Assembly: GCA_035604915.1 (NCBI GenBank)
Contig: DATNHQ010000023.1
Location: forward strand, 1-61,211
Length of the DNA: 61,211 nt
Direction: 5' to 3'
From: Solirubrobacteraceae bacterium
GTDB taxonomy: Bacteria > Actinomycetota > Thermoleophilia > Solirubrobacterales > Solirubrobacteraceae
The notes below the pieces were generated by a model. The model saw nothing but the letters and a program-made list of their open reading frames with translations. It had not been told where the DNA came from and searched no databases. The position numbers were made by a program, and so were the translations under genes. Of the stretch, positions 24,176 through 33,116 are shown piece by piece; the first letter of the stretch is position 1, and each line of letters begins with the position of its first letter.

Positions 24176-25674
24176 GCTGGCCGCTCGCGTCCTTCGGCCT
24201 CCTCGCGCTCGCCCTGGCCGGCGGCTTCGCGTGGTACGAGCGCTCCAAGCCTTCTTCGCGGACGGTTGCCGTCGTCGCTTCGCTGGCGGCGCTTGCGACA
24301 CTCGGGCGGATCGCCTTCGCGCCGCTGCCCAACGTCAAGCCGACGACCGACATCGTCCTGATCGCCGGCTACGCGCTCGGGGGGGCTCCGGGCTTCGCCG
24401 TCGGCGCTGTCGCCGCGGTCGCCTCCAACATCGTCTTCGGTCAGGGCCCGTGGACGCCGTGGCAGATGCTCGCCTGGGGGCTGGTTGGGCTGCTCGGCGC
24501 GGCGATCGCGCGCCGCCGCCGCCGCCGCCCGCTGCCTCGGCTCGCGATGGCGCTGATCTGCGCGGCTGCGGGCTTCGGCTACGGGCTGGTCCTGAACTTC
24601 TCGACCTGGGTCACCTTCAGCGGCCAGCACACGCTGGCCCAGTTCCTCGTGATCGAGGGGGAGGCCTTCCCGTTCGATCTCGCTCACGCGGTCGGCAACC
24701 TCATCTTCTTCCTCGCCTTCGGCCCGGCGCTGATCCGCGTGCTCGGCCGCTTCAAAGCGCGGATGGACGTCAGCTGGGGGCTCGCGGGAGCAGCTTCGCT
24801 GGCGCTGCTGGCCTGCGTCGGCGCCGCCGCGCTCGGCGGCGGCGGGCGGATCGCGAGCGCGCAGGCGGCGGCGCCGGCGCTCGCGGCGCCGGTCGGCTAC
24901 CTCGAACGCGCTCAGAACCCAGACGGCGGCTTCGGGCTCAGCCCCGGCCAGCCCTCCTCGCAGCTCGCGAGCGCGTGGGTCGTGATCGGGCTCGCGGCGG
25001 CGGGCCGTGCACCGGGGTCGGTGCGCCGCGACGGGCATGACGCGGTCACCTGGATCCGCGCGCACCTCGGCCAGATCAGCGATGCCGGCGACGTCGAACG
25101 GACGCTGCTGGCGCTCGCCGCCGCGCACGCGCCGCTCGGCTCGCTGCCGGCGCGCCTCCGTGGCGACCAGCGCAGCGACGGCTCGGTCTTCGAGCAGGTC
25201 AACCTCACCGCGTTCGCGATCCTGGCGTGGCGCGCCGGCGCGGACTCGGGCGGCCTCGCGCGCGCCGCGGCGTGGCTGCGTCGCCAGCAGAACGCCGACG
25301 GCGGCTTCAGCTTCGCCGTGCTCGGCGACCCGAGCGACATCGACGACACGGCCGCCGCGCTCGAGGCGCTCGCAGCGACCTCCGCGCCCGCCCGTCCGCT
25401 GGCGCGGGCGCGAAGCTACCTCGAACGCCAGGAGAACCGCGACGGCGGCTTTCCCCTGCAGCCGGGCGACTCCTCGAACTCGCAGTCGACCGCCTGGGCC
25501 GTGCAGGCGCTCGTCGCGGCCGGGGCTCCGGTCCCACGCGCGCTCGGCTACCTGCGCGCCCGCACCGCCCGCTCCGGTGCCGTGCGCTACGCCGCGGGAC
25601 TGGACCAGACGCCCGTTTGGGTCACCGCCGAAGCGCTTGCCGCGCTCGCGCTGCGGCCCCTTCCGATCCGCTGA
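24172..25674 (+). CDS. ECF S-component-like membrane domain fused to extracytoplasmic prenyltransferase/squalene-cyclase-type repeats
   Basis: ATGA overlap. The N-terminal ~210 aa contain about 6 TM helices. An extra TM follows, then four repeats of the Q-x-x-DGGF type (QNPDGGFG, QRSDGSVF, QNADGGFS, ENRDGGFP). Confidence 0.65.
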   Translation: MSWPLASFGLLALALAGGFAWYERSKPSSRTVAVVASLAALATLGRIAFAPLPNVKPTTDIVLIAGYALGGAPGFAVGAVAAVASNIVFGQGPWTPWQMLAWGLVGLLGAAIARRRRRRPLPRLAMALICAAAGFGYGLVLNFSTWVTFSGQHTLAQFLVIEGEAFPFDLAHAVGNLIFFLAFGPALIRVLGRFKARMDVSWGLAGAASLALLACVGAAALGGGGRIASAQAAAPALAAPVGYLERAQNPDGGFGLSPGQPSSQLASAWVVIGLAAAGRAPGSVRRDGHDAVTWIRAHLGQISDAGDVERTLLALAAAHAPLGSLPARLRGDQRSDGSVFEQVNLTAFAILAWRAGADSGGLARAAAWLRRQQNADGGFSFAVLGDPSDIDDTAAALEALAATSAPARPLARARSYLERQENRDGGFPLQPGDSSNSQSTAWAVQALVAAGAPVPRALGYLRARTARSGAVRYAAGLDQTPVWVTAEALAALALRPLPIR

Positions 25675-25676
25675 AA

Positions 25677-25694
25677 GCGGGCCGGCGGGCCCGC
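25677..25694 (+). terminator. GC hairpin after transporter operon (candidate intrinsic terminator, no U-tract)
   Basis: GCGGGCC-GGCG-GGCCCGC forms a perfect 7-bp stem with a 4-nt loop, starting 3 nt after the stop at 25674. Confidence 0.35.
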
Positions 25695-25750
25695 GACGCT
25701 GCGGGAGACCCGGACGGTCCGCGCCAAGCGATCGCATATGGTTCCGCGCG

Positions 25751-26878
25751 ATGCAGATCGGGGTGCCCGCTGAATCAGCCGCCGCCGAGCGCCGAGTCGC
25801 GCTCGTTCCAGAGGTCGTGCGCAAGCTGACCGCGCGCGGCGTCGAGGTTGTGATCGCGGTGGGGGCCGGTGCCGCCGCGATGATCCCGGACTCGCTCTAT
25901 GAGCAGGCCGGCGCCCGGATCGGCGACGACGCGACGGCTTGGAGCGCGCCGCTGGTCGTCAAGGTCTCGCCTCCCAGTGACGAGGAGGCCTCGCAGATGC
26001 AGCGCGGCGCGGTGATCGTCGCGTTCCTGAACCCGCTCGGCAGCGCCCAGGCGACGCGTGCGCTCGCCGCGGCCGGCGTCACGGCGTTCGCGATGGAGGC
26101 GATTCCGCGGATCTCTCGCGCGCAGTCGATGGACGCGTTGTCGTCGCAGTCCAACGTCGCCGGCTACCGTGCGGCGCTGCTGGCGGCCGAGCACATCGGC
26201 CGTTTCTTCCCGATGCTGATGACGGCGGCCGGCACGATCCCGCCGGCCCGCGTGCTCGTGTTGGGGGCCGGCGTGGCTGGGCTTCAGGCGCTCGCGACGG
26301 CGCGTCGGCTGGGCGCCCAGACAACCGGTTACGACGTACGCCCCGAGGTCGCCGAACAGGTGCGCTCGCTCGGCTCCTCCTGGCTTGACCTCGGCATCGA
26401 GGCGGCTGGCGAGGGCGGTTACGCGCGCGAGCTGACCGACGAGGAGAAGGTCTCGCAGCAGCAGGCGCTGACCGACGCGATCAAGGCCTTCGACGTCGTC
26501 ATAACGACGGCGCTGGTGCCGGGACGCCCGGCGCCGAAGCTCGTCACCGCCGAGGCCGTGGCGGGCATGCGCCCCGGCAGCGTGATCATCGACCTGGCGG
26601 GGGAGAACGGAGGCAACTGCGAGCTGACCAAGCCCGGGCAGGTTGCGGTCGAGCACGACGTCACGATCGTCTCGCCGCTCAACCTCGCCGCCCAGATGCC
26701 CGAGCACGCATCGCAGCTGTACGCCCGCAACGTGCTCGCGCTGCTCGATCTGATGCTCGACGAGAGCGGCGAGCTCGCGCTCGACTGGGGCGATGAGATC
26801 ATCGCCGGAGCCTGTGTCGTGCGCGACGGTGAGATCGTCAACGAGGCCGCGCGGGCGCTCGCGCAGACGGGCGCCTGA
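25751..26878 (+). CDS. pntAA: NAD(P) transhydrogenase subunit alpha part 1
   Basis: MQIGVPAES...ERRVALVPE, RISRAQSMDALSSQSNVAGY and the Rossmann motif VLGAGVAGLQA. Confidence 0.9.
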   Translation: MQIGVPAESAAAERRVALVPEVVRKLTARGVEVVIAVGAGAAAMIPDSLYEQAGARIGDDATAWSAPLVVKVSPPSDEEASQMQRGAVIVAFLNPLGSAQATRALAAAGVTAFAMEAIPRISRAQSMDALSSQSNVAGYRAALLAAEHIGRFFPMLMTAAGTIPPARVLVLGAGVAGLQALATARRLGAQTTGYDVRPEVAEQVRSLGSSWLDLGIEAAGEGGYARELTDEEKVSQQQALTDAIKAFDVVITTALVPGRPAPKLVTAEAVAGMRPGSVIIDLAGENGGNCELTKPGQVAVEHDVTIVSPLNLAAQMPEHASQLYARNVLALLDLMLDESGELALDWGDEIIAGACVVRDGEIVNEAARALAQTGA

Positions 26879-27189
26879 TGTTCGTCACCAACCTGACGAT
26901 CCTCGTGCTGGCGGGCTTCGTTGGCTTTGCTGTCATCTCCAAGGTCCCGAACACGCTGCACACGCCGCTGATGAGCGGCACCAACGCGATCCACGGAATC
27001 GTCCTGCTCGGCGGCCTGCTCGTGATCGGCTTCGCCGGCAACAGCGTCTTCAACAAGGTGATCCTCGTGGTCGCGATCACTTTCGGCACGATCAACATCG
27101 TCGGCGGCTTCCTGGTCACCGACCGCATGCTCGAGATGTTCAAGCGCAAGCCCGCGCCGCCGCCGCCGCCCAAGGACGGCGACGGCTGA
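26878..27189 (+). CDS. pntAB: NAD(P) transhydrogenase subunit alpha part 2
   Basis: 103 aa membrane protein with HTPLMSGTNAIHGIV. The start shares one nt with the pntAA stop. Confidence 0.9.
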   Translation: MFVTNLTILVLAGFVGFAVISKVPNTLHTPLMSGTNAIHGIVLLGGLLVIGFAGNSVFNKVILVVAITFGTINIVGGFLVTDRMLEMFKRKPAPPPPPKDGDG

Positions 27190-28601
27190 TGCTCGCGGTC
27201 TTCCTGCAGAACCCGAACTTCATCCACATCCTCTACATCGTGGCGTTCGGGCTGTTCATCTACGGCCTGTCCGGGCTGACCGGGCCGCGCACGGCGGTCC
27301 GCGGCAACCGCATCGCCGCCGTCGGCATGGCGATCGCCGTGATCGCGACGCTGCTGTTGCGTTCGGAGGGCAACTGGGCGCTGATCGTGATCGGCATCGC
27401 GATCGGCACCGCCGTCGGCGTGCCCGCCGCGCGGCGCGTGCACATGACCGCGATGCCGCAGATGGTCGCGCTGTTCAACGGCGTCGGTGGCGGCGCCGTC
27501 TTCCTGATCGCGTGGGCCGAGTTCCGCAACACCCACGGCTACACGGCTCAGGCGACCTACATCACCGTCTTCTCGCTGTTCGCGGCGATCGTCGGCTCGG
27601 TCTCCTTCTGGGGCTCGAACATCGCCTTCGGCAAGCTCCAGGAGCTGCTCCCCGGCCGCCCGATCACGCTCGGGCGCGCGCAGCAGCCCGTCAACGGCCT
27701 GATCGCGGCGGCGGCCGTCGCCTGCGCGGTGGCGATCGCCGCCGGCTCGCACCAGGAGCTGCTGTTCGTCCTGATGCTGCTCGCCGCGGCCGTCCTGGGC
27801 AACCTCATGGTGCTGCCGATCGGCGGCGCCGACATGCCGGTCGTGATCTCGCTGCTGAACGCCTTCACCGGGCTCTCGGCCGCCGCGACCGGCGTCGCGC
27901 TCAACAACTCGGCGCTGATCGTCGCCGGCATGATCGTCGGAGCCTCCGGATCGATCCTGACCAACCTGATGGCCACGGCGATGAACCGCTCGATCCCGGC
28001 GATCATCGCCGGCGGTTTCGGTGGCGGCGGCGTGGTCGAAGGCGCGAGCGGCGCCGGCGAGTTCGCCGGAACCGTGCGCTCCACCAGCGCCGCGGACGTC
28101 GCGGTCCAGCTCGCCTACGCGCGCCAGGTGGTGATCGTGCCCGGCTACGGCATGGCCGTCGCGCAGGCCCAGCACACCGTCCGCGAGCTCGCGAAGGCGC
28201 TCGAGGCGCGCGGCGTCCAGATCAGCTACGCGATCCACCCGGTCGCCGGCCGCATGCCCGGTCACATGAACGTGCTGCTCGCCGAGGCCGACGTCCCCTA
28301 CGAACAGCTACGCGAGATGGACGACATCAACCCCGAGTTCCCGCGCACCGACGTGGCACTAGTGATCGGCGCCAACGACGTCACCAACCCGGCCGCGAAG
28401 ACCAATCCGGCCTCGCCGATCTACGGGATGCCGATCCTCGACGTCGAGAGCGCGCGCTCGGTGGTCGTGATCAAGCGCTCGATGAACCCGGGCTTCGCGG
28501 GCATCGACAACGAGCTCTATTTCCGGCCCAACACCGCGATGCTGTTCGGTGACGCCAAGACGGCCGTCGCCGAGATCATCGCCGAGCTCGCCAACATCTA
28601 G
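27189..28601 (+). CDS. pntB: NAD(P) transhydrogenase subunit beta
   Basis: An N-terminal polytopic domain is followed by the dIII motifs VPGYGMAVAQAQ, YAIHPVAGRMPGHMNVLLAEA and GANDVTNPAA. Confidence 0.9.
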   Translation: MLAVFLQNPNFIHILYIVAFGLFIYGLSGLTGPRTAVRGNRIAAVGMAIAVIATLLLRSEGNWALIVIGIAIGTAVGVPAARRVHMTAMPQMVALFNGVGGGAVFLIAWAEFRNTHGYTAQATYITVFSLFAAIVGSVSFWGSNIAFGKLQELLPGRPITLGRAQQPVNGLIAAAAVACAVAIAAGSHQELLFVLMLLAAAVLGNLMVLPIGGADMPVVISLLNAFTGLSAAATGVALNNSALIVAGMIVGASGSILTNLMATAMNRSIPAIIAGGFGGGGVVEGASGAGEFAGTVRSTSAADVAVQLAYARQVVIVPGYGMAVAQAQHTVRELAKALEARGVQISYAIHPVAGRMPGHMNVLLAEADVPYEQLREMDDINPEFPRTDVALVIGANDVTNPAAKTNPASPIYGMPILDVESARSVVVIKRSMNPGFAGIDNELYFRPNTAMLFGDAKTAVAEIIAELANI

Positions 28602-28641
28602 ACGCCGCGGACGCGCCGAGCCTCCTGCCAGACTGCGACTG

Positions 28642-30291
28642 GTGATCGCGCGGGCACAGGCAGTTGGGACGCTCGCCCGGGAGCGCTTCGATGTCGCAGT
28701 GATCGGTGGCGGTATCACGGGCGCCGGTGTCGCCTTCGACGCCGCCAGCCGCGGCTACAGCGTCGCGCTGCTCGAGCGCTCGGACTATTCGGCCGGCACC
28801 TCGAGTCGCTCGAGCAAGCTCGTGCACGGCGGCCTGCGCTACCTCCAGCACTTCGATCTCGGGCTCGTTCGCGAGGCGCTGCTCGAGCGTCAGCTGCTCG
28901 TCGCGCTCGCGCCTCACCTTGTCCGCCCGCTGCCGATCGTCGTGCCCGCCTTCGACGGCGCTCGGCTGGACCGCCTCGTCGGCGTGGGCCTCAACCTCTA
29001 CGACGTGATGTCGGTCGAGCGCCGCCGCGGCCGCCGGGCTGCGTCCGAGGGCTGGAGCCCGGACCGCCACCGCGTGATCTCCGGCGCCGAGGTGCTGGAG
29101 CTGCTGCCGGCGCTCGGCGCGCGCGAGCCAAGCGCCGGCTACCTCTTCTACGACTGCCAGACCGACGATTCGCGGCTGGTGCTGACGGTGCTCGGTGAGG
29201 CGGAGCGTTTCGGCGCCGTCTGCGCCAACGACCTCGGGGTCGAGGAGCTCGTGCTCGAGCACGGTCGCGCGGCCGGCGTACGTGCGCGTGACGGTGGCAG
29301 CGGCGAGGAGTTCGTCGTGCGCGCCACCCACGTCGTCAACGCGACCGGGGTCTGGGCGGACCGGCTTCGGCCGGAGGAGCTCCACGGCGAGGCCGAGGTG
29401 CCCCAGATCCGCCCGAGCCGCGGCACGCACCTGATCTTCTCCGAGCGCGACCTGCCGCTGCGCGCCGGGGCGATCGTGCCGGCCGGCGGCGGGCGCACGA
29501 TCTTCGCGCTGCCGTGGCTCGGCCAGACGCTGGTCGGCACCACCGACAACGACTACGACGGCGACCTCACGCACGTGCTGCCGGCTGCCGAGGATGTCGC
29601 CTACCTGCTGGCCGCGGTCAACGAGTTCTTCGGAACCGCGCTCGGCGTGGAGCGGATCGCCGGCGCGTTCGCGGGCGTGCGGCCGCTGATCTCGAGCACC
29701 GACTCCAAGTCGTCGGTCGACATCTCGCGCAAGGCCGAGCTCTATGAGACCTCGAGCGGCATGATCACGATCACCGGCGGCAAGCTGACGACGTGGCGGC
29801 GGATGGCCAAGATGACGGTCGATCGGATCGTCGAGCGCGAGGCGCGCGACGCGCCGTGCCGAACGCACGAGATCCCGCTCGGCCAGCAGATCGACCCGAG
29901 CGAGCTCGAACGCTCGGCCGGGGTTCCCGAGACGGCGTATGCCGCGCTGGCGGCGCGCTACGGGCACGAGGCGCAGGCCGTGCTTCGGATCGCCGCCGAG
30001 CAGCCCTACCTCGCGACGCCGATCGTCGAGGGCTTCCCGGACCTGCTCGCCGAGGTGGTCCAGGCCGCCCGCCACGAGCAGGCGCGCGGCATCGCCGACG
30101 TGCTGCTGCGCCGCACCCGCCTCGGGCTGCTGGCCGCACGCGCGGTTACGGCCGACGACACGCTCGAACGCGTCGGCGCCGTGCTCGCGCAGGAGCTGGG
30201 CTGGGACGCTGCGCGGCGGGCCGCGGAGGTCGCCCGCTTCCACGAGGAGGCCACCGCCGAGGGGATCGTCGTGGAGCCGGTGGCGGTGTGA
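28642..30291 (+). CDS. glpD: FAD-dependent glycerol-3-phosphate dehydrogenase
   Basis: FDVAVIGGGITGAGVAFDAASRGYSVALLE...TSSRSSKLVHGGLRYL. The longest ORF (28549) would overlap pntB, so I chose GTG 28642. Confidence 0.85.
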   Translation: MIARAQAVGTLARERFDVAVIGGGITGAGVAFDAASRGYSVALLERSDYSAGTSSRSSKLVHGGLRYLQHFDLGLVREALLERQLLVALAPHLVRPLPIVVPAFDGARLDRLVGVGLNLYDVMSVERRRGRRAASEGWSPDRHRVISGAEVLELLPALGAREPSAGYLFYDCQTDDSRLVLTVLGEAERFGAVCANDLGVEELVLEHGRAAGVRARDGGSGEEFVVRATHVVNATGVWADRLRPEELHGEAEVPQIRPSRGTHLIFSERDLPLRAGAIVPAGGGRTIFALPWLGQTLVGTTDNDYDGDLTHVLPAAEDVAYLLAAVNEFFGTALGVERIAGAFAGVRPLISSTDSKSSVDISRKAELYETSSGMITITGGKLTTWRRMAKMTVDRIVEREARDAPCRTHEIPLGQQIDPSELERSAGVPETAYAALAARYGHEAQAVLRIAAEQPYLATPIVEGFPDLLAEVVQAARHEQARGIADVLLRRTRLGLLAARAVTADDTLERVGAVLAQELGWDAARRAAEVARFHEEATAEGIVVEPVAV

Positions 30292-32144
30292 GCGTCGGCC
30301 GCGGCGCGCGGCTCTGCCTGACCGCCTGCGCGCTGGCGCTGCTCGCCGCGCAGAGCGCGCGCGCCGCGCTCGGACCGCCTGCGACGATCGACGGGCCGAG
30401 CCCCGACATCGTCGCGCTCGACGCCGTCGCGCTGGCACCCGATGGCGGCGGCGCGCTCGTCTACCGCAAGCTCGCGGGAGGCGCTCCGCACGTGTTCGTC
30501 TCACTCGAGAGCTCCGGCGTCTGGGCGGCGCCCCTCCAGGTCGACAACGGCGTTGCCCCCGGCGCCTCGGCCGCCGCGGTGGCGGTGGCCAGCGGCGGTC
30601 GCGTGGCGGTGGTCTGGGTTGCGGGCGGCATGCTCTACGGCGCCGTCCGCGACGTCGGTGCGAGCGCCTTCACGGCGCCACAGGCGATCGCCGCCGCCAG
30701 CGGCGTCCCGGCCCTCGGCATGGGCATCAGCGGCACCGCCTACGTCGCCTTCAGCGCAGCCGACGGCGCCGGCTCGGACATCGATGTCGCGCGGCTGGAC
30801 CGGACCGCGACGAGCTTCGCACCGCTGGCAGGGCCGCTCAACGCCGCACCGGTTGTCCTCGCGGGCGCAGGCGCCGGACCGAGCATCGTTGTCGCCGCGG
30901 ACGCCACCGCCGTTGTCGCGTGGGCGCAGCGTCAGCCGGACGGCAGCACTCACGTGTTCGTGCGCCGCGCCTCGGGGGCGGGGCCGAGCCCGGTGCTCGA
31001 CGATGCGACGGTGGCCAGCCTCGATGGCCTCCCCGGGGGGTCCGCCGACAGCCCCGCGCTGGGCGTCGAGTACGACGCGAGCGTCGCCTGGCTCGCCTTC
31101 CGCGAGACGCTCGGCGGCTTCTCGCGGCTGCTCGTGGCCGAGCTGCTCGGCGATGAGCTGCGCACGCCCGCGCTCGCCGACTCGCTTGGGAGCGCGGCCG
31201 GGCCCGGCTCGGCGCTGGCGCCGAGCCTCGCCGTCAACGGCAACGGCGGCGGGTTGCTCGCCGGTGAGATCGCGCCGGGCAACCAGGTCGTCGTCGCCGA
31301 GCTCGGCGCCGCCGCCAACCCCTTCGCCTGGAGCGCCGGCACGATCGGCTCAGCGGCCGTCGAGCCGGTCCCGCCGCAGCCGCTCGCCGCGCTGTCGGCG
31401 AGCGGCCGGGGCGCCGTCGTCGAGGTGCCGGCGGCGGGCGCGCTCGCGGCGTCGCTGTTCCAAGACGGCGCCGCCAGCGGCGCGCCGCTCGCCCTCTCGA
31501 CCGCCGCGCTCGGGCCGGTCGTCGCAGCGGACGGGCTCAGCGCGGGCGCCGACGACCGCGGCGATCTCGTGGTCGGCTTCGTCGCCGGCGCCCCCGGAGC
31601 GCTGTCGGTCGCCGCCCAGCCGATCGTCGTCGCCCCGGGGGTGCCGCGCGCGACCGGCACGCAGCTTTGGATCGCGCAGCGCCGACCAGCGCTGCACTGG
31701 CAGGCCGCCGCCGACTCGTGGGGGAAGCCGATGTACTCGGTCTACGTCGACGGTGCCCGTGTCGCGACGACCGCCGCGACCTCCTTCACGCCGCCGTCGG
31801 ACCTGCCGGACGGCCGCCACACCTGGCGGGTGGTCGCGACCGACGCGCTCGCCCAGAGCGCCGCCTCGCAAACGCGCCGGCTGCTGATCGACGCCGCGCC
31901 GCCGTCGATCCGTCTGCTCGTGGTGGGGCTGCGCACGGCCGGCACACCGATCGCCTTTCACATCGAGGCCGCCGCGATTTCGGGGGTCCGCCGCGTCTCA
32001 CTCGATTACGGTGACGGCAGTGGGAGCGCCGCCGCCGACTCCACCCACGCCTTCGCGAAGCCCGGCCGCTACACGGTCTCAGTCACCGTCGTCGACCGCG
32101 CCGGCGTGGACGCGGCCCTGCAGGAGCGCGTGACGATCTCGTGA
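30288..32144 (+). CDS. Secreted Ala/Gly-rich protein with C-terminal Ig-like and PKD domains
   Basis: GTG 30288 overlaps the glpD stop. The signal peptide is LCLTACALALLAAQSARA. The C-terminus VSLDYGDGSGSAAADSTHAFAKPGRYTVSVTVVD fits the PKD consensus. Confidence 0.6.
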   Translation: MSVGRGARLCLTACALALLAAQSARAALGPPATIDGPSPDIVALDAVALAPDGGGALVYRKLAGGAPHVFVSLESSGVWAAPLQVDNGVAPGASAAAVAVASGGRVAVVWVAGGMLYGAVRDVGASAFTAPQAIAAASGVPALGMGISGTAYVAFSAADGAGSDIDVARLDRTATSFAPLAGPLNAAPVVLAGAGAGPSIVVAADATAVVAWAQRQPDGSTHVFVRRASGAGPSPVLDDATVASLDGLPGGSADSPALGVEYDASVAWLAFRETLGGFSRLLVAELLGDELRTPALADSLGSAAGPGSALAPSLAVNGNGGGLLAGEIAPGNQVVVAELGAAANPFAWSAGTIGSAAVEPVPPQPLAALSASGRGAVVEVPAAGALAASLFQDGAASGAPLALSTAALGPVVAADGLSAGADDRGDLVVGFVAGAPGALSVAAQPIVVAPGVPRATGTQLWIAQRRPALHWQAAADSWGKPMYSVYVDGARVATTAATSFTPPSDLPDGRHTWRVVATDALAQSAASQTRRLLIDAAPPSIRLLVVGLRTAGTPIAFHIEAAAISGVRRVSLDYGDGSGSAAADSTHAFAKPGRYTVSVTVVDRAGVDAALQERVTIS

Positions 32145-33040
32145 GCACGCTGCTGCGCGCAGGAAGCCGCACCTACGACCTCGACGGCGCGCTCTGGCTG
32201 ATGGGCATCGTCAACGCCACGCCCGACAGCTTCTCCGACGGCGGCCTTCACCCGACCTTGCGGGCGCGCGTCGAGCTCGCCCGCGAGCTGCTTGCCCGCG
32301 GGGCGCGCGTGATCGACGTGGGCGGCGAGTCGGGCATCACCAACCGCCCGCCGGTCGAGGCGGCCGAGGAGATCGAGCGGGTTGTGCCGCTGATCGAGCG
32401 GATCGTTCTCGCGACCGACGCGATCGTTTCGATCGACACCTACAAACCGGCGGTGGCCGCCGCGGCGATCGCCGCAGGCGCAGCGATCGTCAACGACGTC
32501 AGCGGGCTGCGTGACGTCGAGCTGGCCAACGTCTGCGCCCAGACCGGCGCGGCCCTCGTCGTCATGCACACCGCGGCGGCGCCCAAGCAGCGACTCCAGG
32601 ACCCCGGGCTCTACGACGACGTGCTCGCGGAGGTCATGCGCTTCCTCGATCACCGGCTCGAGCTCGCGCGCTCGCGGGGCATCGCCGACGAGCAGCTGAT
32701 TGTCGATCCCGGACCCGACTTCGCCAAGACGCCGGCCCAGACGGTCGCGCTGCTGCGCGGCGCAGCCAGGCTGCACGAGTTCGGGCGCCCGGTCCTGATG
32801 GCCATCTCGCGCAAGGACTTCGTCGGCGCGCTGACCGGGCGCCCTCCGCGCGAGCGCGGCGCCGGCACGCTGGCGGCCCTGGCGCACGGGATCGATCTCG
32901 GGGCGCACATCTTTCGCGTCCACGACGTTGCCGCCGCGGCGGACTTCATCGCAGTGCGCGCGGCGCTCCGCGGCGAGGTCGACGTGCCGGCGACGCTCGC
33001 GCTCAGCGACGCGCTGCGCTGGGAGCCGCCGCGCGAGTAG
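32141..33040 (+). CDS. folP: Dihydropteroate synthase
   Basis: LMGIVNATPDSFSDGG, DVGGESG and a GTGA overlap with the upstream gene. Confidence 0.9.
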   Translation: MSTLLRAGSRTYDLDGALWLMGIVNATPDSFSDGGLHPTLRARVELARELLARGARVIDVGGESGITNRPPVEAAEEIERVVPLIERIVLATDAIVSIDTYKPAVAAAAIAAGAAIVNDVSGLRDVELANVCAQTGAALVVMHTAAAPKQRLQDPGLYDDVLAEVMRFLDHRLELARSRGIADEQLIVDPGPDFAKTPAQTVALLRGAARLHEFGRPVLMAISRKDFVGALTGRPPRERGAGTLAALAHGIDLGAHIFRVHDVAAAADFIAVRAALRGEVDVPATLALSDALRWEPPRE

Positions 33041-33116
33041 CTAGAGTAGGGAGACCGGGTGCCGGCGGCTGACATCAACGCCGCGGGACGCCTCCCACCC
33101 ATTCCAAAGGAAGACG

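Noticed and set aside
22556-25824. Two long minus-strand ORFs (581 aa and 575 aa)
   Set aside because: They are antisense to the ABC ATPase and the S-component fusion, both of which have clear motifs. Their composition is Arg-rich and antisense-like.
28576-30504. 642-aa minus-strand ORF
   Set aside because: It is antisense to glpD and has Arg/Ala/Gly-dominated low-information sequence. glpD has unambiguous FAD-binding motifs on the plus strand.
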